From Utricularia gibba (Eukaryota > Plantae > Magnoliophyta): 64,000 nt of DNA. The notes below the pieces were generated by a model. That model had not been told where the DNA came from. It saw only the letters and a list, made by a program, of their open reading frames with translations, and did no database searches. Every line of letters starts with the position of its first letter. The first letter of the stretch is position 1. Shown here one piece after another: positions 32,536-43,466 of the stretch. The stretch covers positions 1,674,001 to 1,738,000 of the forward strand of contig NEEC01000015.1 of the NCBI GenBank assembly GCA_002189035.1, given 5' to 3'. Both the position numbers and the translations under genes were made by a program.

Positions 32536-33110
32536 CTAGAATCTCCTAGTCCAACAATCCCTGATAAGAAACAAATGATTAGTAAATTCACAAGTAACAT
32601 GATATTGATTTGTAAGTTGACTAACCCATAGAAGATCATATGTGAGTTGAGGAACATACAAAACCTTTTTTAAAAAATAGAGAGATAGGATTTTGTGTGA
32701 TAGTGGCATTGCCATACCAAGGATGGGTAGAGTAGTCCCATCACACGTCAGGACCACATCATGTGCATCAGGTGGTGTAATGAAGGAGAGAAGAGAGGAG
32801 TTACTTGTCATGTGTAGATAAGCTCCAATGTAAGACACCCATTCAATAGAGCCCATATAGCCATCCAAATCAAGTGCTTGAAATGCATGGGCAGAAGATG
32901 CAATCAACGAGCCATCATGAAGGTACCAGCAAATTTTGATGACATGACATGATGGCATCACAAATCTTACAAGTTTCATTTTCATACAACTCACATTCTT
33001 CAATTGTCATACGATGTCTACCCGGAGGTAGAGGGCGAGCTTGGTGAGCTGTCGATGAAGTCGTGGATTGTTGTGGGGGCCGTTGAGCTTGAAAGCCACA
33101 ATGATATGCA
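32536..33110 (-). mobile_element. Degenerate Ty1/Copia gag-protease remnant
   Basis: Frameshifted zinc-knuckle remnant (CKIC..H....C), decayed protease WV(S)YIGAYLHMT (from W.DSGAS.HMT), DGTTLPI.G and LKKVLYVPQLTYDLL.VSQL. No RT, integrase or LTR pair recognised. Confidence 0.8.
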
Positions 33111-34131
33111 ATATGGGATAAGGGAGAATGATAATAAAATTTGTGCGAATTTCATAGCTGTGAAGTTGAGGAATTAACTAAGAATATGTGGGTTTGGGTG
33201 TTTTAGCATGATATTAGTGAAGTCATCATAAGATGGATTTATATTGGTTTGAGGTCTGATTAATTAAAAAAAAACAAAGGAGATGTCTTGGATTTAAGCA
33301 GTAAAAATTAGATCGATTTATAATTTAAGCACTAACTACAATCACAAAACAAAACAAATCTTAATTGAATTGAAAATCAATTCAACTTGAGGATGGATTT
33401 TAGAAAACATGATCCTACATCGAAATATTAAATTGAAACAATCAAGTATATAAAAAAATATATATCACTAATAATCAATTGAATTTAATCTTTTATAATG
33501 TGATCTACATTTTTTTATGTAATTGGACTTTTATGTACTTACTCGACTCATCGAATACTAAATTTCAACTATCACTAAAAGCATCTTTAAACATTTGAAG
33601 AAATGCTTACATAAGCTTTCTGAAAATGTTTGTTAATTTTGCAAAAATCCTTAATTTAGTAAGAATTGGATGTACCGAAATAGTAAGGAGTAAGTCTTGT
33701 TTCCAAAAAGATATGAGATTAAAAATGACTGTAAAAATTTTAATGTCTCACTTTTTTTTTATCTCTTTGTTAATACTTATTCAATTTATCTTCATGTCTC
33801 ATCTCCAAACTTATTCTAGATGCATTTTATCTCCTCTCTGGCAATTTTTCATTATTCTCATGGTTTGATTTCTGTAATTTCATTTGATGACTTTTAAAAC
33901 TTAGGTTTTTTTACATGTTCTACATTAAATTTGTTGTTTTGATTTTCAAATAGAAATATATTTTTTTAAAATTTATGTTTTAAATAATAAAAAATGTTTC
34001 CAAAAATTGATAAAGTAAATTATTAAACTTCACACAAACTTAATAAAGTAAAGTCACGTCAGCATAATTTAAAACTATTAAATATGCGTTAATGGTGTAT
34101 TCACCTTTTAATCAATATTAACGGAAACCAA

Positions 34132-34148
34132 TGACGTAGAGTGACGTA
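34132..34148 (+). promoter_or_regulatory. as-1-like tandem TGACG element upstream of PR-1 copy B
   Basis: TGACGTAGAGTGACGTA about 350 bp upstream of the ATG. TGA-factor sites are typical of PR-1 promoters. Confidence 0.6.
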
Positions 34149-34496
34149 GGCAGGATAGATAAGGGGTGTCATTTATATTTTTGTATAATTTTTTTATTTT
34201 TTAATGATGTCAAATTAACATTAATCATTTTATTGATATTTCTATTTTTTTTCAGATAATTATCAAATTTTGATCATTTGATTGTCCATCTCTATATTAA
34301 ATTTTTAGCTAGTCTTTGTCAAAATCTAATATAATATAGTTGTGCCAATGGAATTATAGATGATAGAAAAAAATCATTCATTAATGAGTTTTGGTCGCGG
34401 GGATGACTTTATTAGCATCCTAAAGATTTGTTACCATGTGGTAATTAGCGTGCCTGCTCCGTCAATAAATACCCAAAACAGCCATGAAAACAATCA

Positions 34497-34981
34497 ATGG
34501 AGATGCACAAGCTCACCTTCTCCCTGCCTCTTCTTCTTCTGATGGTGCTGGCTGTGGCATGCACAGCCCAGAACACCCCGGAGACTACCTGGCAGCCCAC
34601 AACGCCGCCCGGGCTCAGGTCGGCGTCGGGCCAATGGTGTGGAACGACACCGTTGCGGCATTCGCCCGCAACTATGTCAACTCCAGGCTCGGGGATTGCA
34701 AACTCGTACACTCTACCAATACGCAATACGGTGAGAACCTGGCGGCCGGCTCAGGTGGCTTCACCGGTGTCGCAGCCGTGAACCTGTGGGTGAGTGAAAA
34801 GAAATACTACAGTTATGGCGGGAACGCCTGCGTGGGTGGAGAGTGCCGCCATTACACGCAGGTGGTGTGGCGGAACTCCGTCCGCCTGGGGTGCCATCGA
34901 GCGCAGTGCAGGAACGGGTGGTGGTTCGTCTCCTGCAACTACGATCCTCCGGGCAACTACATCGGTCAACACCCATATTAG
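34497..34981 (+). CDS. PR1: Pathogenesis-related protein 1 (CAP superfamily), copy B; apparent -1 frameshift at 34576-34579
   Basis: Signal peptide ending ACTA-QNTP, then shifted-frame [22 protein letters not shown] and [15 protein letters not shown]. Confidence 0.93.
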
Positions 34982-35904
34982 AATCATGGTCACTACTTTC
35001 TGAGTTGGCTTTAGGAGCCTCACTTTGTCCCAATAAAAAAGAATCACTCACCGACTTCTAATTATTCATTTACCCCCAGTCGTATTGGAAAAAAAATATT
35101 GATGCTGGGTTTACCATATCATCAAAGTATGTTTATATAATTATTAAAAAAAATAATTTCTTATGAATATTTTAAAGTTAAATAATTAAATATATAATAA
35201 AATATAAATTATTAATAATTAATTATATTTTATATTTAATATTGTGATTCGCGTTTTTTATGTACTTTAAATTTTTATATGTAGTCAAATTAACAAACTA
35301 CATACAATTACTACTAAATCTTGATGCTCGTTGACCTTCCATTGTGAGTCCGCACACGCCCCATGGAATGCTACTAAGTTGTCTCCACGCCTGGGACTTG
35401 GTCAAAATTGGGGGCATGGTCTTCGGGCTACCGAATATTTATTGTGCTTAATTATGAGGGATCCAAGTTTAGAATCGGTCAAGTCGTATGAGTAGGGGCA
35501 TTTTGATATGAGGATTGAGTATTGGTTTATAATATATTTATAAAAATTTGAAATTTTTTCATACAAAGATATAAACATACAAAATCTCGATTTTTCAAAT
35601 TTCCATAATTTGCTATTTTATTCAAATTTAACGCAAATGTAACTGACCCAAATCCTGATAGGATTAACATGGTGTATAAAATAGGAAATATAACTGAAAA
35701 ATCTCATTAAATCCTATTTAAATATTTAATAATGGGGCCCAGATTCAGCTCTATCTTATCTAGGATTTGGGTCAATATTTTCTTGCTTGAAAGCGGCGCC
35801 TTCCCTCCCCTTTCCTTCCCCTATCTATATATTCGTATGCTCCCTCGTTATTTCAGAAACAAGTTTACAGGTTCTTGCTCCCAAGGTTTCCATCGCTTGC
35901 GATC

Positions 35905-36132
35905 ATGATGATGATGTCGATGTTCGTTTGTTCCTTCGGGGAGTCCGCCGGCTCCAAAGTAAGTCCCCTCCCTCCGGCGGCTGGCAATCGAGATGCTCCC
36001 GCTGCGGCGACCGTCCCCGCCGATAAGAAAGCGACGCCGTCACCGAAGCCGCACAAAACCGTCACCCCGAGGATGAGATTCGCGCCGGAAATCGACGGCC
36101 TTCATTGCTTCGAGACTATCGTCCCCTACTGA
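35905..36132 (+). CDS. Uncharacterised 75-aa plant microprotein with C-terminal RFAPEIDGLHCFETIV motif
   Basis: GC-rich single-exon ORF in AT-rich surroundings, with a TATA-like CTATATA at about 35825. I recognise the C-terminal motif from an uncharacterised plant small-protein family. Confidence 0.8.
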   Translation: MMMMSMFVCSFGESAGSKVSPLPPAAGNRDAPAAATVPADKKATPSPKPHKTVTPRMRFAPEIDGLHCFETIVPY

Positions 36133-36782
36133 ATCCGAACGGATGTGGATGCTGCCGGGTTGTTGGGGTTCATGTTAGCCGTAGTTATTTCAACGGGGAG
36201 TTTTGTAGTGCTTTTCCTGCTATCGTAATGGAATGAATTTGTTCGTTACTTTTTCTTGTCGGCGGAGGAAATTGTCGGAAGTTTTCGTGTGGTTTAAGGT
36301 ATTTAGAAAAGTGGGCAGTGTGAAAAAGAGAAGCAGTCCCCATTCGTCGTATGAATACTTTTAGTCAAACTCGAGCCTATCCCTACATTTAATCAAAATA
36401 TTGTTTTATTGCATAGATGCTAAAATTATTTATGTTTAAATTATGTTTTAATTTACAATTTACATATTAAAATATAAATATTTAATGTCGAAATTAATAT
36501 TCTTTTATTTTTTGTAAAAGTGTTGAAAATTGAATATTGGATAAGAGGTAGTTGAAATTTAATTTAACTAATTTATATGAAATGACATACTATTAATTTT
36601 AATGAACTTGAAAATAAGTTGAATATTACACGTAATCATTCATATCCGATCCCAAAAAACCTCAAATTTGTATAGATCAAGATCAAATTTCCAAACAATG
36701 TATACACATAGCTAAAGTTTTGATCTTTCTTTGAGTTTATAATAAAAAGTTCAATATGTTGTTATCATATTAAAGGAGTATT

Positions 36783-37000
36783 GTGAAAAAATTTTAAAAT
36801 CTATTTTTATTTTTCAAAAGTAAAAATAATTTTGTTTTAGAATAATTTTAATTATAAAAATAATTCTATAAAAAATACTTTTAAAATTATAATTATAAAA
36901 ATTATTTTTAGAAAAATATTTATTTGATTACTTTTAATTTTTATTTCTATTTTTTAAAAATAATTTTAAAAAATAAAAACAATTTTCAAAAATTTTCGAC
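36783..37000. mobile_element. Possible AT-rich MITE with about 40-bp imperfect inverted ends
   Basis: Left end GTGAAAAAATTTTAAAATCTATTTTTATTTTTCAAAA resembles the reverse complement of the right end, but the sequence is low complexity. Confidence 0.3.
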
Positions 37001-37009
37001 AACAACTTA

Positions 37010-38879
37010 GTGCATATTCATCACAACTTCTCATCACATAAATTCTACTTTTTTAAAAAAAAAGTAGAAGTAAAATTTTCACATAACAACACTTTATTGT
37101 ACTTATCTTCTTTCCATACATTCTACTTCTACTACTCCTTCTTTCTTTAATAAATGAGAAGTAGCACATGGGTTACTTCTTTTCTCCACTTTTACTTCTC
37201 ACGTTTTATTCACTAGAATACCCTTCTAAAACCGAGAACGAATGAAAGGGGATTTCAGCAACAAACCCTAGGAAGCGCAGGTCCATCTTCGAATTTCATG
37301 GACGCTTGAAGTTTCAACACAAAATTAGTGCTCCTACCAGTTTCCAAGCAGTAAGTAATTTAGTTAATAATTTTTCCTCTGTATTTTTCAGTTTTTCATC
37401 AGTCTAAATGCAAATGCTTGATTTCAATCTGTGAGTTTTCTCTAATTTTCATATCTAAAATATGAATGAGTTGCTAAATAGTGTGAGGAAGTCATGTAAT
37501 AGTGGGTACTTATTTGGTTGATATCTACGGTAAATGTGGGGATGTTGTGAGCTTGAGGAAGGTGTTCGATGTTATGCCTCAAAGGAATGTGGTAACTTGG
37601 AATGTCATAATTGGGGGATACATGAAGGAAGGAAATACGTGTCTTGTGTGGGATTTGTTTTAGAGAATGCTCAAAAGGATATCCATCACATAATGAATGT
37701 GGTCACTTTATTGATCAACATGTACGTACACAACATCACAATTAATTGCATGTTGTAGTTTATTTGTTCCATTTCATTTTTGTTTGTTAATTTTAAATGA
37801 ATTATAAATGCATTTTGATTACTTCATATTTCAACTATAGCAATTTATATTTATTCAATCTTACTTGACAGGTACAAAAACCAAATTCACACCGACTGCT
37901 AATTCTGATGGATAATTCTATTAGTAGAGCGAAATTATCCATCATTAAACCAAGTGCAAAATGGGACAAGATATCTGGACGGCTTCTCTTATTTTTGCAT
38001 ATTTGTTTAACTGAAACCGAGGCAGGAAACAGACCAACAACTTCTTTTAACAAGCAAGGATGGAACAATATCTTAAAAAATTTGAATGATAAGACAGGCT
38101 ATGAGTACACAATGAAGCAAATAAAGAACAAATAGATAGAATTGCGAGGTTTATGTACATTGTGGAATTGCCTAAAGAATTGGACAGGTGCTAGTTGGGA
38201 TTGTGAAAAAAATACAATCTTAGGTGAAGAAGAGTGATGGAATGAAAGAATTGCAGTATATTTTACGATTATATTTATATGCTAGTACTTATTGGTATAT
38301 ACATCATTATTTTGATTGATTCATTATTTGATGTTTTTTTCTGTGTTTAGGAGAATCCAGATGCGAAGAAATACCGTGATGGACCACCATCATACTTTGA
38401 GATTCAAGAAAAACTTTTTGATGCTGCTGATGATGGTGCAAGACTTGATAAATATTAAAGGAAACCTCCTCTTCCCATCACTGAAGATTAAGCTGATGAA
38501 AGACTGAATGAAACGCCAATGGATGAATTAAGAAATTCAATTTGTAATGAAATGTGAGTATCATATCAAGGATGTAATTTTTCAGCAAGACTTAGATGAA
38601 ATTATATTTCAATTTTAATTGCCTACTAAATATGCACTATTGTATTTTTATGAATTAATACTTGCAATATAAAGTTATAAAATTGATAATTCTAATATAT
38701 ATACAAGGATAATAAAATAATTTGTTGTTAAAAGTAGAATTTATATTATAATATACTGAACATGATTAAAAAATAGATTCTACTTTTTTTTAAAAATAAC
38801 TTTTTATTCTACTTTTTTTAATTAATTCTCATTCTATCAAAATTAGAATTTATTTCAATAAGTTATACATAACAAGCCC
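37010..38879 (+). mobile_element. Non-autonomous PIF/Harbinger relic with decayed Myb/SANT-like ORF1 and no DDE transposase
   Basis: TTA on both flanks (37007-09, 38880-82). Right end AACAAGCCC is a PIF/Tourist-type TIR, and the left end GTGCATATT..AACTT..ATAAATTCTA is a degenerate match. ORF1 from 37908 reads AKWD...GNRPTTSFNKQGW...QIKNK* and ENPDAKKYR, with premature stops. Confidence 0.78.
37493..37700 (+). pseudogene. Captured PLS-class PPR gene fragment inside the Harbinger relic
   Basis: Reads VIVGTYLVDIYGKCGDVVSLRKVFDVMPQRNVVTWNVIIGGYMKEG, then stops. It is too short for the ORF track. Confidence 0.85.
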
Positions 38880-38920
38880 TTATTTGTTATTAACGGGATT
38901 GATTACAGTTGGGCGGGTAT

Positions 38921-39688
38921 CTAAAGGATCTCCACGTCGATGGTCTTCTTCTCCTCCATCTGAGCCTTTGGCACGGTGATGTACAGAACCCCGTTCTTCA
39001 TCTCCGCCTTGAGCTTCTCCCTGTCGCATCCGTCGGGGAGCTCCACCCTCATATCGTAACTGCTGCTGCTTCTCCTGCGTCGCCAAGATAACTCTCCCTG
39101 CCTGTTCTCCTCCTCCACGTCCAGTTGCCCTTTGATCACCAGGATTTCGTTGTTCTCGAGGGATACCTTCACGTTCTCTTTGGCCAATCCCGGCATATCG
39201 AACCTCATCCGCACCTCCTTCTCGTCCTCTTCCATGTCCCACGGTGCCCGCGGGCCACCCCCACCGTCGGGAAGCTCAGGGCATCCTCGAAGATTCTGTC
39301 CATTGCGTCCACCATCCGCCACATCGACCTCATCGGGGTTAAGCTATCCAGCAGCCCTGCCGTGACAAAATGTCCGATTCACAGCATCCATACGAAAAAC
39401 AGAGCCTTGATTTATATATATACATGCATACATACCGAAAGGTGACGAGTCGAGGGACAGTCTCCGAGGGCCGCCGCGTCCAGCAGCGACGCTTCGGTCT
39501 TTCCCACGGTGGACGTCCACGGCGGTCCCCTTATCATCGTCGCCGGCAGAAGCCACAGTCGAGGACAGCATTTTTCTTCCTCCCGCGAGACGTGAAGAAG
39601 AAGGAAGGGACGAGGCAAACCAAGGTCCCATTCTCCGCTTACTAAGAGCGGTTACGCAAGGGGAGTTTAACAGAACTCGGGCCGCCAT
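38921..39688 (-). CDS. HSP21: Chloroplast small heat-shock protein HSP21/26, 2 exons; apparent -1 frameshift at 39258-39262
   Basis: Transit peptide, SPFG|LLD, Met-rich PMRSMWRMVDAMDRIFED, alpha-crystallin domain RAPWD..MRFDMPGL..KAEMKNGVLYITVPK. Confidence 0.93.
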
Positions 39689-39844
39689 TGAAGACCGAAG
39701 ATCACAAACCCAGAATGCTCACAAGAGACTATGATCCACCGCCTGCCGCTACTTTTTCATTGCTGTCTTAATCCTCAGTTGCGCGCGCGTGTGTATATAT
39801 AGAGGCTTTTGGAGGAATCTGGATTCACATGCCAGCGTTTTTTA

Positions 39845-39896
39845 TTCTGGATCCTTCTGGTGCGGTGGCGAGACTGGTGACTGGAGAGTTCGCGAA
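39845..39896 (-). promoter_or_regulatory. Heat-shock elements upstream of HSP21
   Basis: TTCtgGATccTTC (39845-57) and GAGagTTCgcGAA (39884-96) in 5-bp register, with TATATATA at about 39794. Confidence 0.65.
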
Positions 39897-41473
39897 TGGT
39901 CATATGGGCCTCATGATAGTGATGGGCTTATGTTGGGCCTCTTGCTACTAACCAACTGAATCCACACTCCCTACACAAATGAATTGAATTCAGTTTATTT
40001 AAAATATTATGTATAATTAAAATCATGAGATTAATTTGATGTTAAATCGATTCAAATCTGTAATTAAATCTAGAAACGGATTCAAGTCGTTTAAATAGTA
40101 ATTTTTATTTTTTAATAAATATTTTATAATTAAATTAAAAAAATACTGAATCTATTTCCAAAGATATATCTTGAACATCAACCTTGTAGAGACAAAAAAA
40201 AAAAAAAACAATTTCAAATCTTGAAACTGGAACAAAAATGAACCATCTAAATAAAAAAGTATATTCAACACATTTTTAAAACAGTGGTTGCAACATATCA
40301 TAATATTTGACAATATGTCACATGCTTGTAGTAATATATAATAATACAACAATGTCAATTTATAGTTTGAATTTAACCATATTTAGGGGAAATGATAAAG
40401 CATGACATCGTTATTCCAAAAATTAGCAATTTATGTAACATAAATGAATAATTTTTGAAATAAAAGTGTGACATATTTTGTTACTCATTATAATGAATTG
40501 AAAGTTAATGACAAATTTTAAGACTTGTTAACATATGATTAGGAACCATAAGATACCAAAAGCTGATGATGACATGGAAGCAGCAGTGAAGGAGAGACAA
40601 ATCAAGTGCATTATTTTCTGATACTTTAGATGTTATTAATTGTGAATTTATTTATAAGGAATTTTGAATAGCTTCTTGGGTAGGGCCTAGGGGTAATGAA
40701 GCACAATTTTGGGTCTTTATGATTGTAATCAATATATCCACTTTTTTTTGGGTAAAAAATTGATTATTTATTTAATTATTGCACCCACCAGCTGTTATCC
40801 ACACAAAAGTATTGGTAATAACTTTTGCTTTTGGTTCAAATGGTTGAAAAAAAAAGAATTAATGAAATAATTTTATAATATAAAATAAATTGAAGAAGTT
40901 AAATTTTAATGGAATTTCTAAAATGGTTAATAGCTTAAATTATTGAATTAGATTTAATTCCCGGAATTTCCGGTCGATGGAGTTCCCGCCGCCTTGTTCA
41001 GGAATGGCGCTGCGAGCTTCATCTGATCCGGCGATGGAGGGAGATTCCTTTTACTTGGTGAATAGACAACTCATTTGCATTTTGCTTTCGCACAAAAAAA
41101 AAAGAAAAGAAAAGATAAAGTTACCAAAGCATCTCTCTTTTGCAGCTTTCATCAATTTCTATGACAAACATTCCTTCTAAATCACTATTGGTTCAGCTTT
41201 ATATTGTTGCTGTTTTGAGTTCCCATCTTTCGCGGGTTAGTGTGCAGTCGGGGCCTGCGCAAATAGTAGAAGGTAAGCTAGCGGTGGAGGGCTCATATTC
41301 CCCTCAATTATGTTGAATGAAGTTGCTGCTTTGTCTTTGAATAATTGAAAGTAGACTCTCGAGGTACTTGGGTAGGGGTTTGATTAGATTGCTGTGGAAT
41401 TCAATGTTTCCTACTCTTGTACTTGGTATAAACAACCGTTAGTTCTCAAGCATCAAATTCCAAGATTGGAATC

Positions 41474-43081
41474 ATGGGGAACAACAACAACAGCAATGGA
41501 ATTTCTTGGTTCAGTGCAGTGAAAAAGGCTTTCAAATCTCCTCCCTCTGGAGTTGTAGAAGGGAATGGGAAAAAACCAGAAGAAAAAGTGGGTTGGATTT
41601 CACCATCTTGTTTCTTTCTTCGCTGATTCTTGTAGTAATGCCGAATGATGTTTTCTTTGCAGAAGAGGGGAAACTGGAGATGGCTTTATAGAAAGCATTA
41701 CTACCTTGAAACAACTATTCAGCAAAATGTAGCAAATTTGGCCTGCAAACCTTGTAAGGTGCATAGAGTTGAATCTGAGGAGAGGAGTGCAATTGCAGTG
41801 GCTATGGCGACAACTGCTGCGGCCGAGGCTGCAGTTAAAACTGCACAGGCCGCTGTAGAAGTCATGCGTCTTTCTAGGAAATCCGTTGTGAAGAGAGAGC
41901 ACCGAGCTGCTGTTGTTGTCCAACGCTTCTTCAGAGGATACCTGGTACTTCATTATCCATCAAAGTTGTTGAATCTTGTTGCCCCTCTGCATTTCAAATT
42001 ACAGCTTTTGAAACGCTTCTGCCCTGAAACTTGATCCATGGCCTTTATATTCTGCCTCTCGGGAGCTGTTACACCCAAGATCTACATTTGCTTCACCCCC
42101 TATTCGAGTTTCAGATCTCTACTGTTTGAACCATGCTGATCTGATTGTGTTGGCCTCTGCTGTTTCAGGCCAGGAAAGCTCTACAGGCACTAAAAGGGGT
42201 AGTGAAACTTCAAGCACTTATAAGAGGATACAATGTCCGAAAACGAGCCAAGATGACACTCCAATGCATTCAGTCCTTGGTTCGAGTTCAAGCACACGTA
42301 TGCAATCAACGCAGGCGACTGTCGTACGAATCCACAACATCTTGCTCAGTGCTCAGCCCATCCGGCATTACTGCTAGAAGAAAATCTACTGTGAGTGAGA
42401 CCATTTGTGCAAGAAGCATCAATTTCTTCCAGCTGATTTGCTAAATTGCCTCTGAAATTGTTAAAATCGCAGTTGAAGAACGCTAATGCTACCCGAGTTT
42501 GCCCCATAACCATGAAGGTTTGTCTTTTGTGACTATGCTCACCCTCTGCATCTTGACTTCTAATACAAACTTGGCCCTGATATTACTTTTTGTAGCAGAT
42601 GCCTGAAAGAAAAGAGGATCACTATGAAGCTGAAGAGGAGAGCAAATCCACAGACACAAAGAGAATCCGTGCTCCCTATCGACGGCACTCATTTGCATTG
42701 CCGGGAAATGAACATTTCCTTGATCTCAACTACAAAAGCCATTTGCATTTCACGGTTAATTCTCTAAAGACTCCATCTTCATGCAAGATAAAGCCTATCC
42801 AAATGCATTCATGTAGCCCTCGTTGTCAAAAAGAGGAGCACTGCCAACAACCTGCTGAAACTCCAACTTCATGCTTGTTTTACTCTCCAAGGACAAGCTT
42901 TAGCGAGGGATCACTTGTGTTCTCTCGGCCAAATTATATGGCAGCAACTGCATCAGCAAATGCTAGAGCTAAGTCGAATGGTGCGCCAGGATTCAATTTT
43001 TCGAGCCCCGGTAGGGAGCCGATGGGATCAGCCAAGAAACGGCTAGTGTTTACTGCCTCAAATTTAGACAAAGTAGACTGA
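41474..43081 (+). CDS. IQD: IQ67-domain calmodulin-binding protein, 4 exons
   Basis: [35 protein letters not shown]|[21 protein letters not shown]-terminal [10 protein letters not shown] and SAKKRLVF. Confidence 0.9.
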
Positions 43082-43466
43082 ATAGAGATGCGTGGCTTTG
43101 GATGAACCGTGAGCATTGTTGAATGTTGGTGTGAATGAACTAGTGATAGGTTGTTGTAGTTTGCCTTTGCCCCCCTCCCTGTGTAGACCTGAAGATGGAA
43201 GTGGACTGATTAAGCATTTCAAGAATAATTTTTATTCACACAGAAAATTTAGTATGAAGGAAGACTACTCTGCTGTGAACTGCGAATACTGTCCATTGGA
43301 TCTCGGCCTAAAACAATGCACAAAACAAGATTTCTTTCAAGTGGAAAACAGAGAGTTTTAGAAAAAAAAACATGAGCGCTTGATACTCATTGACAATCAT
43401 CAAACACAAGATTAAAACACAAGAATCCCAGTTTTTGCATCTGAGCTATCATATCCACGAGGCGCC

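Noticed and set aside
28918-34497. PR-1 pair as TIRs of a large transposon, or as a hairpin-RNA source
   Set aside because: Homology is confined to the CDS plus about 45 bp of promoter, there is no TSD, and transcription is divergent.
28357-35061. Multiple overlapping alternative-frame ORFs over PR-1, DIR and HSP21
   Set aside because: These are shadow ORFs of GC-rich coding sequence with no recognisable products.
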